DNA of 63,750 bases, filler included, from Squatina squatina (GCA_031763465.1; 4 parts of 3 records of this genome joined end to end with filler, not necessarily neighbours in it); one strand, 5' to 3'; numbered from the whole stretch's first letter, positions 37,246 to 50,639 are shown. Notes: generated from the letters alone by a model not told the origin. Made by a program: numbers and translations.

Positions 37246-38625
37246 ATGATGAAGATATTTCAGCCAGTAACGAAGCAGGATCAGCTGAACAGCAGGAAAA
37301 CCAGTTGACGGACTTAACCGAGCAGGCCTGTTGTGAATCCCAGAGTGCTGGTGCTACAAACTTGGCAACACAAGAGGTTGAGCAGTTGACTGAAAGAAAA
37401 AGTAATGCGAATGGTGTGGATATAAGNNNNNNNNNNNNNNNNNNNNNNNNNNNNNNNNNNNNNNNNNNNNNNNNNNNNNNNNNNNNNNNNNNNNNNNNNN
37501 NNNNNNNNNNNNNNNNNNNNNNNNNNNNNNNNNNNNNNNNNNNNNNNNNNNNNNNNNNNNNNNNNNNNNNNNNNNNNNNNNNNNNNNNNNNNNNNNNNNN
37601 NNNNNNNNNNNNNNNNNNNNNNNNNNNNNNNNNNNNNNNNNNNNNNNNNNNNNNNNNNNNNNNNNNNNNNNNNNNNNNNNNNNNNNNNNNNNNNNNNNNN
37701 NNNNNNNNNNNNNNNNNNNNNNNNNNNNNNNNNNNNNNNNNNNNNNNNNNNNNNNNNNNNNNNNNNNNNNNNNNNNNNNNNNNNNNNNNNNNNNNNNNNN
37801 NNNNNNNNNNNNNNNNNNNNNNNNNNNNNNNNNNNNNNNNNNNNNNNNNNNNNNNNNNNNNNNNNNNNNNNNNNNNNNNNNNNNNNNNNNNNNNNNNNNN
37901 NNNNNNNNNNNNNNNNNNNNNNNNNNNNNNNNNNNNNNNNNNNNNNNNNNNNNNNNNNNNNNNNNNNNNNNNNNNNNNNNNNNNNNNNNNNNNNNNNNNN
38001 NNNNNNNNNNNNNNNNNNNNNNNNNNNNNNNNNNNNNNNNNNNNNNNNNNNNNNNNNNNNNNNNNNNNNNNNNNNNNNNNNNNNNNNNNNNNNNNNNNNN
38101 NNNNNNNNNNNNNNNNNNNNNNNNNNNNNNNNNNNNNNNNNNNNNNNNNNNNNNNNNNNNNNNNNNNNNNNNNNNNNNNNNNNNNNNNNNNNNNNNNNNN
38201 NNNNNNNNNNNNNNNNNNNNNNACACAGCAAGTAAATAATGAGTGGGACATCTGTGATACACCATGTTGTAGAACTTCCTGTTACAGCACTTCCTGTTAC
38301 AGTACATCCTGTTACAGCACTTCCTGCCAAAGCACTTCCTGTTATGATAGTACAAATCACTTCTCCTCAAGCCATACAAGGTTCTCCTCAATTGACAGTG
38401 CACGGCTGTCTGAAAGTACAGTTTTCTCTTCACAAGAAGAAGAAGAGGAGGAGGATGAAAACAGTGCATTTGAGTCTGTGCTGGATTCAGGACATAGCCC
38501 TGAGTACTGTGAGAGAGAACAAGCAGATAGCGTCGTTCAGTGGTCAGAAGACCCTGCAGCCCAAGCACCAGAAAGGGCGGTGGTAAACGAAGAGACAGCT
38601 ATAGGACAGAGCACCAGAATGGAAG
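37246..38625 (+). CDS. HECW1: HECW1 large central acidic/low-complexity exon (middle hidden by N gap 37427-38222)
   Basis: Starts DDEDIS after tttttag. The 3' part SCYSTSC...HTRFSSIDSARLSESTVFSSQEEEEEEDENSAFESV matches the HECW1/2 conserved block. gttaga donor. Confidence 0.88.
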
Positions 38626-39644
38626 GTTAGAGTCATAGATATACAGTATGTGTACATTGAATAGTAACCTATAAATCCCACAACATTTTAATGCTAACAC
38701 TGGCCATTTAAGTCTGGGTAATAAGGAGCCTGTTTATAAATCTATGTAAAACATTTACATCTCTTTTCTCTCCCTTTCCCTCTTCCTATTATTAATAATG
38801 CAAGAAGCATGCTTTTTAGCAGGATGCTATGTTTTAATATGTTCTGGAGTAGATAACCTGTAACTGAATTGACAAGTTACTGAATGGTTGAAACTACTCA
38901 CAGAATCATAGAAATTTACAGCCCGGAAGGAGGCCAGTCAGCCCATCGTGTCCGTGCCGCATGGCAACTGGTGAAGTTTGTTGGTGAATGGTATGGCGGG
39001 TAGTGACTTCTGCCCAAAAAACAATGAAAAGTGATCCTTTCAATCTTGCACAGAGTAAAGGGCCTAAGAATAGGGAGGGAAGAGCTGACAGCAATGATGT
39101 TAACCCAAAAGCCCCTGTGACCTCCCCATGCGCTGCCTCAACTTGATATGTTTCATAGTTTGCAAGTCTGCCACTGTCATTGTAGAACTGCAAATGCCAT
39201 TATTCATAAAGGACTATTTGCATCATTTTCACATCTTCAAATGAAATTGGATTTTCATAGGAAGAAAATTGCTCTTTGATGAAGAAGTCTAGAAGACTTC
39301 AATACTTCACAATGTTGAAACAAATAAACACGAGAAAACAAAATATTATAATTGCAAAGAGAGAGTTATGGCCGTTATACAGAAATATAAGCAGTTTTCT
39401 TCATTTATAGTAAATGACGACTTTTGAATGCTCCATTCCAGCAATACAAAGATTGGAAAAACGGCGAAAAGATGAAGGTCAGGACAAAGTCCATTAAGTG
39501 CTGCATATTTACAGTTGTTTATGGTTGCAACCTTGGTGTCATATTTGACCATGAAATGAGCTTCCGATCAAATATCCATGCCAAAATTAAGGTGGCCTAA
39601 TTCCAGTCCTGTAACATTACTTGTCTTTGCCCTGCCTCAGGTCA

Positions 39645-39873
39645 TCCATTGAAGAAACCCGTATCAATGCATTTGTTACCTCTAGACTTGACTTTTCCAA
39701 TGCGCTCCAGGTGGGTCGCTGATATAAGATACAAGTTATCCAAGCATCGTCTGCGGGAACCAAGATTGCAAGACTTCCTGTTTATCCATCAACACTGTGC
39801 TCACTCCCATTTAAGCAATGCCTCGATTTTAAAATTCCCATGCTTGTCTTCAAATTCCTCCATGTCCTCCCCC
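39645..39873 (+). mobile_element. L2-type LINE ORF2 3' fragment
   Basis: atgcatttgttacctctagacttgac...ccaatgc (AFVTSRLD..N-like motif) ...gattttaaaatt...ttcaaattcctccatg. Confidence 0.65.
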
Positions 39874-40311
39874 NNNNNNNNNNNNNNNNNNNNNNNNNNN
39901 NNNNNNNNNNNNNNNNNNNNNNNNNNNNNNNNNNNNNNNNNNNNNNNNNNNNNNNNNNNNNNNNNNNNNNNNNCCCGCCTACACTAGTTACAACTACTTT
40001 TTCTCTTGGTTCCTCTCCTGGTACTCTACACCCTGTATGTCTACCGAATGGTTGCTCAATGCTTATGTCACTGGTCTTGAAATTCATGTCTCTTAAAATA
40101 AATAAAAATTGAAATGCTGCTGATTTAAGATATTGGGATATACTTTCCTTTGCTCACTAATGTTCTGTATGAATATGGTTTCCCAGATTTACACTTGCAC
40201 TGATTTTTTTCTTTTTAATTACGTTAGTGGGACAGAGAAAATTTCTAGTAGTTTATTGCTGTAATGTAAAACAAAATGATTTTTTTTTTAAATACATCTT
40301 TCCTCTTGTAG

Positions 40312-40413
40312 GTGATAACCCTTTACCACACTGTGCTCAGACAATAAGTCAGCTGCCCTCTTTGAGACAAGACACCAACCGTTACCCTACCATCGATGAG
40401 CCCCTTCCTCCCA
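40312..40413 (+). CDS. HECW1: HECW1 exon preceding WW1
   Basis: QLPSLRQDTNRYPTIDEPLPP; ttgtag acceptor, gtaaga donor. Confidence 0.9.
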
Positions 40414-41242
40414 GTAAGATTTTGTTTTATTTGAAATCATTCTGTTGTGTTATCAGTGCAGGAAACATTGCGCTTATTAATTCAGGATCAACTCATCAAG
40501 ACACGATCGTTTGAGCTGGTTGATTAGAGAATTATGAAAAAACATCTTGCAGTTCTTTACAAGAGATAGATTTGAGCGAAGACCAACGTCTCGTAAGGGA
40601 TCTCCATTTCTTTCATCAAATACGTCAGAATATATATATATATGAAGATGTGTATCATGCGCTGATTATCAAATTGTAGGTTTGGCCAACAGCAACACAT
40701 TTGCACAAACAAAATGAGTAAAATGTGCAAAAATGGTTGTTTGATTTGCAAACTGGGCAGTTTGATAATTTGCAAAAAAATGTACATACAAGTAGAATTA
40801 GTCTCTCCCCCATTACATGGTGATCACATTTACACAGGCCCCTGGAGTTCAACAATGAATACAATATATAACAGTCTTCTGTCTCAAACTAGCAAAGCAT
40901 TAGTGTGGCCCTGAATTTTCAGAAGTTGGAAGCCTAGCTAGTAATTTATTTTACTCAGTAGAGATCACGAGGATAGACATGGTTTGCTTAGAACTCCATG
41001 TGGTAATGGCATGTAAAATATTTTCATTTCACTGCTAGTTTATTACTAGTTTGAGAGATACACTCGGAGAGCAGCATGAATGAGCTTGTTTATGATTGGA
41101 TGATTCAACCTTTGAATCTTTAACTGGCTACTATTGTTGAGTAATAGGTAACCTGGCATATTCATTATCCTGGCCTCTCTCTAATTGTATTCTAGGACTT
41201 GGTTCACTTTCACAGAGGCTCTGATAATTTAACTCCCCCAAG

Positions 41243-41437
41243 GATGTCTCTGAGCAGCTGCAGGAGATTCTGAGGGGGGAGGGTGAATAGCCAGAGATCG
41301 TGGTCCATAATGCTACCAATGACATAGGCAGAAATAGGGATGAGGTCTTGCAGGCAGATTTTAGGGAGCTAGGAAGGAGATTAAAAAGCAGGACTTCAAA
41401 GATAGTAATCTCTGGATTACTCCCAGTGCCACGTGCT
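41243..41437 (+). mobile_element. CR1 LINE ORF1 fragment (SGNH esterase-like domain)
   Basis: PEIVVHNATNDIGR...FRELGRRLKSRTSKIVISGLLPVPRA matches the VHxGTND / ISGLLP motifs of CR1 ORF1; in-frame stop upstream. Confidence 0.8.
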
Positions 41438-41696
41438 NNNNNNNNNNNNNNNNNNNNNNNNNNNNNNNNNNNNNNNNNNNNNNNNNNNNNNNNNNNNNNN
41501 NNNNNNNNNNNNNNNNNNNNNNNNNNNNNNNNNNNNNTCACATGGTATACAAGCTCTGCACTGTGACTCATGTGATATGGTAATTGCGCTTTGAATTTCA
41601 CTAATAAATTCATGAACACTATATTATGCACAGAACTAGTAAGAATAACTCGAGCAGCAACACATCTCCAGATAAACTTGAACACTTAATCTAAGT

Positions 41697-42042
41697 TGGC
41701 ACTTCAGTGCAGTACTGAAGGAGTGCGGCACTGTCTGAGGTGCTGTCTTTCAGACGAGATGTTAAACCAACATCCATCTGTCCTCTCAGATATATGAAAC
41801 TTTTTTTTTAAAGTGAAGATGAGTTCTCCCGGTGCCCTGGCCAACATTTATCCCCCTAACCAAAGTCAATAAAACATATTATCTGGGCATTATCTCATTG
41901 CTGTTTGTAGGACCTTGCTGTGCATAAATTGGCTGCCACATTTTCCTGCATTAAAACAGTGGCTACAAAAGTACTTAATTGGCTGTGAAACACTTTGGGA
42001 CATCATGAGAACATGAAGGGCATTATGTAAATGCAAGATCTT
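41697..42042 (+). mobile_element. Deu-domain SINE in a HECW1 intron
   Basis: cagtgcagtactgaaggagtgcggcactgtc...aattggctgccaca...aaatgcaagatc. Confidence 0.8.
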
Positions 42043-42216
42043 TGTATCCTTCTTAAACCATATTACTATATATTGTTCTCTAGATAATAGACTCCTATGC
42101 ATCTGTTATCTTCTGGACAATGAACATGATTTGACAGTACACCACCGCAATGATTTGCTATAGCCCTCGGAGGGTAACATAAATAGACCTGTTCAAACTA
42201 CTACTTCCATTTGCAG

Positions 42217-42402
42217 AGTGCCTATCGAATGTTTACCAACAGTACTTGCTTGAAGCATATGATACTGAAGATCCGCAGGGATGCCCGGAATTTTGAGCGG
42301 TATCAGCATAATAGGGACTTGGTGACTTTCCTGAACATGTTTGCAGATACACAGCTAGAACTTCCTCGAGGATGGGAGATAAAGTCAGATCAACAGGGCA
42401 AG
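42217..42402 (+). CDS. HECW1: HECW1 exon (helical region and start of WW2)
   Basis: [62 protein letters not shown]; ttgcag / gtaaga. Confidence 0.95.
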
Positions 42403-44767
42403 GTAAGAAAGGCTAGGCACAAGAGAATGGAATATTTCTTCAGGTTAGCTTCAGTAAATGAATAGCTGATCTTTTTTTTTCAATTATTGTAATACTTGCA
42501 TGTTCAAATGCAGCATCTTAAACATTTCACCACCCCAAACTATGCAAGGTGCTGTTATTTTTAATTTAGTACTGTTTGGAAGTATAAGCTACATAAAATT
42601 GATAACATGGTCTATGCATAGCCCACCTAAGCTAATCAACTACAAAGAGAATAACCCAGCTATGTACTTCAATAGAGGGAAGAACTGGAAATCTCATTCA
42701 AAATATACTTTTTCCTAACATTGCAGCATAAACATTTCCCCTGCTCCTGACCCAGTTTGGCCAACACATGTCTCTCAAATTTATTGCCATCGGACTAAAG
42801 GAAAGAGGGCATAACACGATTTACTAAATTATTCTCGCTGTAAGGTCAGCCTGCTACAGTATCAAGGGGGCAATATAGGGGCTACAGACTCGTGCCTTCG
42901 GCCCTTCTTTTAGCCCCCTATCTCTTAGAATTTTTCATTAGCAAATCGTCACACCTTCCCCACTGTGGTTCATGTGGGACGTCTGTGGCATAATCATTAT
43001 TTTATCCTCAAATCAGTATCGCTCTTGGGGTGAAACCTCTCCACTTACATATAGTTTCTCATATCCAATTTGGGATGCACTTTTATTGGAGCCAATGAGG
43101 GATCAATTATTACAACATATATCCTGTTCAAATATAGTTAGCGTTCAGCTTATACAATGATGCATCATTTTAGAACTGTGAAATGTAATCATTTAAACAG
43201 TTAGGGCTCCCAATTTGTGATTTATTCGCGCTAAACTGGCGTTAAATGGGCGTTAAGGACTGAACACCGATTTTTGGCATTAAACGTTTCAGCGAGGAAT
43301 TCGTCCCCGTTAACGCTGGCACTAAAAGGACGCTAACCCCTTAAGGCCTCAATCGCACAAAGTTCAGCGTTTGAGTGTCTCGGTGACGTCATCAGTGGAC
43401 GCAACGCCCAAATAAGACTAACGCCCTGGAATNNNNNNNNNNNNNNNNNNNNNNNNNNNNNNNNNNNNNNNNNNNNNNNNNNNNNNNNNNNNNNNNNNNN
43501 NNNNNNNNNNNNNNNNNNNNNNNNNNNNNNNNCAACATGCCATTTGCTTTCTTCACTGCCTGCTGTACCTGCATGCCTACTTTCAACGACTGATGTACAA
43601 TGACACCCAAGTCTCGTTGCACCTCCCCTTTTCCTAATCTTCTGGTGTGGTTTCGACGCTAAACAGTGGTGCACCGTTTCTAGCATGGTGCTACCGAATT
43701 TCACCCCCCTGATTTGCTGTTCACTGTATTTGGCAGGGGAGGGGGTGGAGCCCATGATATTTTGATGCTTCTCTCAATGATTTTTTTTAAGTACCCAGAC
43801 TGTGGTAGCTGCTACAAAACAGAATGATCTCAGATTTGATCTGAATGGCTGGCTGTTTCATTTTAGGAAATTGTAAACCATTGAGTCAAAGTGCACTGAA
43901 TATTACAGAAACAAATCACCAGCAGGGAAGTGGAGAGAGACTGATTGTTCAGAATAAATGGAATGCTTTTAAAAAGAGGACAGCAGCTAAGCTGGGAAAG
44001 GATGATTTATTTGCTATTCAGAGATCCAAAGAGAACCTGGGTTTCATTTGACTTTTCCTCCAAATGCTGCTGTTTTAATGGACTGACTGACAGTAATATC
44101 CAGCAACACCCTGCACTGATTGTCTCCAGACTAGCTAACGCTGCTTGAATCCATATGTTGTATTCATTTTATAGAGCGCTCTCGGGAGATGGATCGTATC
44201 TGTTCCTGCCATCACAGAGTCATGTTCCTGCCATTTGTTTGTAGTTTGAACTGTACAAAAAGCCCCAAAGTCTGCTTCTCTCAGTTTGTTTGAAGCTTCA
44301 TTTTGTGGTTATGTTTCATTGGTTGAGGCTTTTGACTGAAGAATTAACAAAGCTGATTTCCCTCACCTCCCCCCCTTTTTACTGATGCTGCTCTGTGTGG
44401 GTCTCCGGCCAGCGATCATCTTTAGCTCATGTCTCCTCCACCAGTGCAGAATAAAAGGCTGATTTAAATCCTTCTATCAATTACAGCAGGATGGTCTTTG
44501 CCCTCCAATGTGGCCACTTGGCACTTACGAATGTAAGTCATGTGGACAGCACTTTTCTAGCTTTAAATATGATTGCTTTTCTTTATTTAAAAAAAAAACA
44601 TTCATACCGCATCTTGATTGGCTGTGATAGTCACATCTTCTGACTAACTGTCACCATTACTGAAAGCGTGAGAAAGAAACTACAATTCTAATTCATTTTA
44701 AATTAGAGAAATTAACATTTGTCTCACAATTCACACAATGGCTCAGTGAGTAAAAGTGCCACCAGCT

Positions 44768-45243
44768 CTGGTACTGAATGGTGCAGACTAGAAAATGCCC
44801 AGGCCCAATCCCTGGACTGTGGTACTGAGTGTTACAGGCCAGGAAGGACCCAGGCCCAATCCCTGGACTGTGGTACTGAGTGTTACAGGCCAGGAAGGAC
44901 CCAGGCCCAATTCCTGGACTGTGGTACTAGTTTTAAAGGCTAGGAAGGGCCCAGGCCCAATCCCTGGACTGTGGTACTAGTTTTAAAGGTTAGGAAGGAC
45001 CCAGGCCCAATTCCTGGACTGTGGTACTAGTTTTAAAGGTTAGGAAGGACCCAGGCCCAATCCCTGGACTGTGGTACTAGTTTTAAAGGCTAGGAAGGGC
45101 CCAGGCCCAATTCCTGGACTGTGGTACTAGTTTTAAAGGTTAGGAAGGACCCAGGCCCAATCCCTAGACTGTGGTACTAGTTTTAAAGGCTAGGAAGGGC
45201 CCAGGCCCAATCCCTGGACTGTGGTACTAGTTTTAAAGGTTAG
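44768..45243 (+). repeat. 50/51-bp minisatellite (at least 9 units) running into a gap
   Basis: Unit ccaggcccaatyccTggactgtggtactagttttaaaggytaggaaggrc repeats at 44799, 44850, 44901, 44951, 45001, 45051, 45101, 45151 and 45201. Confidence 0.95.
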
Positions 45244-45527
45244 NNNNNNNNNNNNNNNNNNNNNNNNNNNNNNNNNNNNNNNNNNNNNNNNNNNNNNNNN
45301 NNNNNNNNNNNNNNNNNNNNNNNNNNNNNNNNNNNNNNNNNNNCTTCGTTCCATAGCGTACGGCACTGTCATATTTTGCATTGGTTCTGTAAATATGGAC
45401 AATGGGGTTTCCCGATTGGAAACTTGCAATTTTAATGTTTTTGAGAGAAGGGAAGAGGGAAGCCAGGCACTTGAGGACTGTTCATATCTGCCATTACTGC
45501 TCACATCGACTAATCCCAGCAGAGGAG

Positions 45528-45670
45528 CCCTTACTTGGATTTGTCGAAGAATCTCTTTGTAGATAGGCTCCAATTCACATGGAAGGCAGTGGCAGAGTTG
45601 TGCTGCCTGTTGCAATCTGTCCTGCATCCAGATTGCAGCACAGACAGAGCACCATCAGTGGCTGCGACAC
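45528..45670 (+). mobile_element. PIF/Harbinger transposase N-terminal remnant
   Basis: YLDLSKNLFVDRLQFTWKAVAELCCLLQSVLHP resembles the YLDLS...RLRF.K..V.ELC.LL...L.P start of HARBI1-like transposases. Confidence 0.55.
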
Positions 45671-45795
45671 ACAAGCGAGGAAGGCCTGTGCTGAAAGAAC
45701 TGATTTTAGTCAGTGTCGTAATCTGAAAACTGCACTGCAAATGAATTTTTCAGGAATATATTCATCATGATAGTACTTTTCACGTTTTTTGCTAG

Positions 45796-45916
45796 GCATG
45801 CAGCGAGCAAGCGCAAGGGCTCCTGCACCATACAGGAGAGATTTCGAAGCAAAGCTAAGAAACTTTTACAGAAAGCTTGAGGCCAAAGGTTATGGGCAAG
45901 GACCAGGAAAAATCAA
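45796..45916 (+). CDS. HECW1: HECW1 exon just upstream of the HECT domain (not in the ORF track)
   Basis: Manual translation [40 protein letters not shown]; gctag acceptor, gtaagg donor. Confidence 0.93.
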
Positions 45917-48625
45917 GTAAGGAGATCGCTTTTATAATTTCTTCATGATATTGCCAATTAAATATATTACTANNNNNNNNNNNNNNNNNNNNNNNNNNNN
46001 NNNNNNNNNNNNNNNNNNNNNNNNNNNNNNNNNNNNNNNNNNNNNNNNNNNNNNNNNNNNNNNNNNNNNNNNTCAGACACAGGAAAATTCACCCCAGTCA
46101 GTCACTGTCACCCCATAAGAGAATTCTCTTTTGACAGTCTTTTAATCATTACTTAGCTGCAGTATTGAATTATTCCAATATAGAGATCAGTTTTAAAAAA
46201 GAGAGGCAGGCTTTTTATTATTTATGTTGAAGAAATTTATTCAGAGACTTTTTTGCCATTTCAGAGATTTGGTGACAGGCTTCAGTTTTCTGTCTGGGGT
46301 TTTGTAAAATAAAAGAACTGTTGTCCAGTACATTTTGTGTACATGGTCCAGGTGTTCCTATAAATAGAAGCATTCATCACATACCAGTAATAAATGGTGG
46401 CTGTGTCGGAAGTAGTATTTGTTCCGATTTAAATCTTAAGGCTCCTTTTGACATGACGGTGATCGTGTTGACATCAGCTTCAACTTTGGCAGCAGCGCTG
46501 TAAAATAAACAAGCTAACACTGCTACCTCTTGAGGTGCTGACACCTCCTGCAGAGATGGTTTCCTCCGGTGCCTCTAGAGGCAGCACTGCTGACAGCGAC
46601 AGGAAATGCAAGTACCACCGGCTACCATTTTCTTGGGCCCATGGCCTGTACTGACTTCTCCCAGCCAATGGGGAGGTCAATAGCCAGCAATAAAGTCACG
46701 GGTTGGGACAACTGTATATATGCAAGCTTGTGCTAGTGCAGTTGTTTGTCACTGCCAGGATTCTGTGATCTGCTCCACAGAATAAATGAGGCAGACACTA
46801 CAGCAGCAGGGTATTACAGAGCTATTTACATAGAAACATAGAAAATAGGAGCAGGAGTAGGCCATTTGAACCTTCGAGCCTGCTCCGCCATTCAATATGA
46901 TCATCCAAATTCAGTACCCTGTTCCCGCTTTCTCCCCATATCCCTTGATCCCTTTAGCCCTAAGAACTATGTCTNNNNNNNNNNNNNNNNNNNNNNNNNN
47001 NNNNNNNNNNNNNNNNNNNNNNNNNNNNNNNNNNNNNNNNNNNNNNNNNNNNNNNNNNNNNNNNNNNNNNNNNNAAAATAATTTAAATTGCAATTGCTCT
47101 TCAAGTTGAAAAAAGAACTTCACAGTATGTTTCATGCTCCAATGTGTGTGTGTGCTTTTGTTTTTTGGGGTTTTCATTTTCTTTTTTAAAAGGATACAAA
47201 AAAATTATAGTTCAGCATAAGGAGCATCTCAGACAAAGCCGTGTCAGCAGCATGTTGGAGAGACACGGAATCCACGCTGAGCTCATGAAGCATTCTCACT
47301 TGTCTAGCTTGACTAGGCTCGCACTGTACGCCTATTGAGATGGTTTCCTTCTAACAGTTTGTTGCTGAAAGAATCGCACTTCAACACAAGCGCATATGAG
47401 AATTTAAATGTGTTCAACAGCTACTCTTTGTTGCCAACATGGAAACAGCTGTACGGCCAGCACAATAAGTCCACTGTTACAACATGGCTTTCAGCCACAA
47501 CACTTTTCTAAAAGTAGCTTACAATTAGATTGCAGCTAGATAACATATAGATTGAGAAGTATATTGAAGGACTGAACAATATTTTATTTTCATTCCATTT
47601 TAAAGGGGCTAGCTCTTGAGTTAAAGCGCCTTCTATGGCACCAGCTAGCACCATGGCAGCTCGCCGATGGAGCTGTCTGTTTCAAGATCTAAGCCTGACC
47701 AACAGTTCACCAAGGAAGTGGTAAACTCCCATTAAATGTTCAATTGATATTCCCCATTCAGTCTTTTTCTTCTTCCTCCCACTGCAGCCCCCCCGACCCC
47801 CCCACCCAACCACTCCCTAGCCAGAATGGCAGTCCCATGAAGGGCTCCATCTGGCAACAAAGCCAAAAAGCTGACAAAACTCATCGCAGTTCAGATGATC
47901 AGATTTGACTTTCAGACTATCATGGGATTCAAACCTGCCACTTCTGTCCTTCCTTCTCCTTGCTGCTCCAAACCAGCTTTGAGAGTATTCAGTTAAAAAT
48001 CAAAGGCAGTTATAATTCTAAACAGCATTGGGGCCGATATTTAAATAGACTTTTGTTGGTTGGGTTATGGGGTACTGGCAAATCTTGTGGAGTGGATTAG
48101 TAACTCCAGGATGGCACTGAAAACACGAATACTAATGCTGCAGTAACTTGACCACAATAACCAGTTTGCCGGTGATAGATGATATCAACAGTTAAAACAG
48201 GTTATTTCCAACACTATCCAAAAATAATGATTCTGACTGAAACTTGCTTTCTTTTGACTAACAGATGCACCCATTTGTAGGCCCAGATGTCTAAACAGTG
48301 CCAGCTCATTATTATCCTACTGACTCTTATTNNNNNNNNNNNNNNNNNNNNNNNNNNNNNNNNNNNNNNNNNNNNNNNNNNNNNNNNNNNNNNNNNNNNN
48401 NNNNNNNNNNNNNNNNNNNNNNNNNNNNNNNTGTGTTTGTCTCCTCACTCTCTGTAGGAGGTACTGGGACTCTATTCTGTGCATTCCCCTGATAGCATGG
48501 TTGATAAGGAACAAACCCATATCATGCCAACTTTTTATTTGGATTAATTCGGCAAATTGTGAATGGCAGAAGTGATTAATCTATCATTAACAAATAGTAC
48601 TTAAACTGGTTACATTTCTCACTGA

Positions 48626-48751
<126 letters not shown>

Positions 48752-50395
48752 GTAAGTGTACAACCCTTCCAAACTGCATACATGACAGGTAGATTTATGT
48801 ACCATTGCACTGCTCAGATATTGCTTCAGAATAAATATTATCTGAATATACTTTACAGTAATGCTGACATTATAGTCATCTTGTGAAAATTATAGCCCTA
48901 AAATGTCATTTTTAAGAATGAGTCTTTATGACTTTTAAATCCATAAAAATTCCATTACTTGAGGCTAACCAGATCAAAGGTGCCATTTCTGTGATTCCAC
49001 AGCACGTAATGTCTACAGCTAACATTGCAATGCCTCCAGTTCCCAGTCTGCCCTGCTATTCAATGTTACACATGGAGTACCTCAGAACCACTATGAGCTT
49101 CTTCAAGTAGGACAAGCTGAGAGCTACATCACTTACTATTCTAAAGAATCACACTGGCATAGTAATTTTTACAGAATCAGTAGGTTAAGGATTTGCAGGT
49201 TTATAAGATTTTGTCATAATGATTTTAGTGAATGAGTGAATACTGCAACTTAATTTTTAATTGTTCTATGGAGGCTGTTTTGGACTGTTTTGAAGTTAAG
49301 TCACTTTGAATAGTTAAACGACAGAATGTGTATGAGTTTACTGCTCAAAACCATGAGTATTATAGTCCATGGCATTTGAACTAACTGCTAGCAGTAAATT
49401 AATACACTCAGTCAGATTTTATAAGAATTATTCAAATANNNNNNNNNNNNNNNNNNNNNNNNNNNNNNNNNNNNNNNNNNNNNNNNNNNNNNNNNNNNNN
49501 NNNNNNNNNNNNNNNNNNNNNNNNNNNNNNNNNNNNNNGCAGTCCTTGTGGTGAAGGAACTCCCATAGTGCTGTTAACAATGCTGCACAGGACTGGAGTC
49601 ATATACAGGCCAAACTGGGTAGGGGTGGCAAGTTCCCTTCTCTGAGGGATATTAGTGAACCAATGGGTTGTTGTGCTAAGCTTGTATGGTCATATTCTTC
49701 TGCTGCTTGCCCACAAATGACCAAATTTATTGAATTCATTCAAATTGTCTTTTGAGGATGGAGTAGGATGATGTTTCCAGCCCATGGTTGCCACATAATG
49801 AATACCCACCATCAGCCTGGCTGTCATGAGGCAATGCCAAACAGAGACATGATGACTTGCCCTCACCCAAGGGTGGAAGTGAATCAACCTGGGCTATTTT
49901 CCCAATTCTTCCAACTCAAGAGGTCTAGGAGCAGAAACCTAACTGAGTAACCAGAGGAAATAAATTTGAGGTTATCATCAAAGAATGAAGGTAGTGGTTA
50001 GGAGGATTTTTTATGCGAGGGAATGTCAGAAACAATGGTGGAAGCAGAATCCATAATAGCTTTTAAAAGCAAAGTGAATAAATATTTGAAAAACAAAAAA
50101 TTTTAATGGGCATGGGGAGGTGGCAGGGGAATGTGATTAACTCTTTCAGGAAAACCAGCACAAGGGCAATGGGCCAAATGGTCTCATGCTGTGCTGCAAA
50201 ATTCTATGATTCTACAAATCAAATCATAAGTATTACACTTTCAAAATCAGTCACGACATATTTAATGAGCTGTATCCTGTACTTAACTTTTTGCAATTCT
50301 ACTTTGATTGAGATTGCAAAATACAGATAAACTGATAAAGTTGCCATATGTGGTGCAAACCTGCTGTTAAAGTCTTCCAGGGAGCTGATAGTTAA

Positions 50396-50623
<228 letters not shown>

Positions 50624-50639
50624 TAAACTCATACACTTA

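Noticed and set aside
44768-45243. CRISPR-like array
   Set aside because: Units are contiguous near-identical tandem repeats with no unique spacers, there are no cas genes, and the context is a vertebrate intron.
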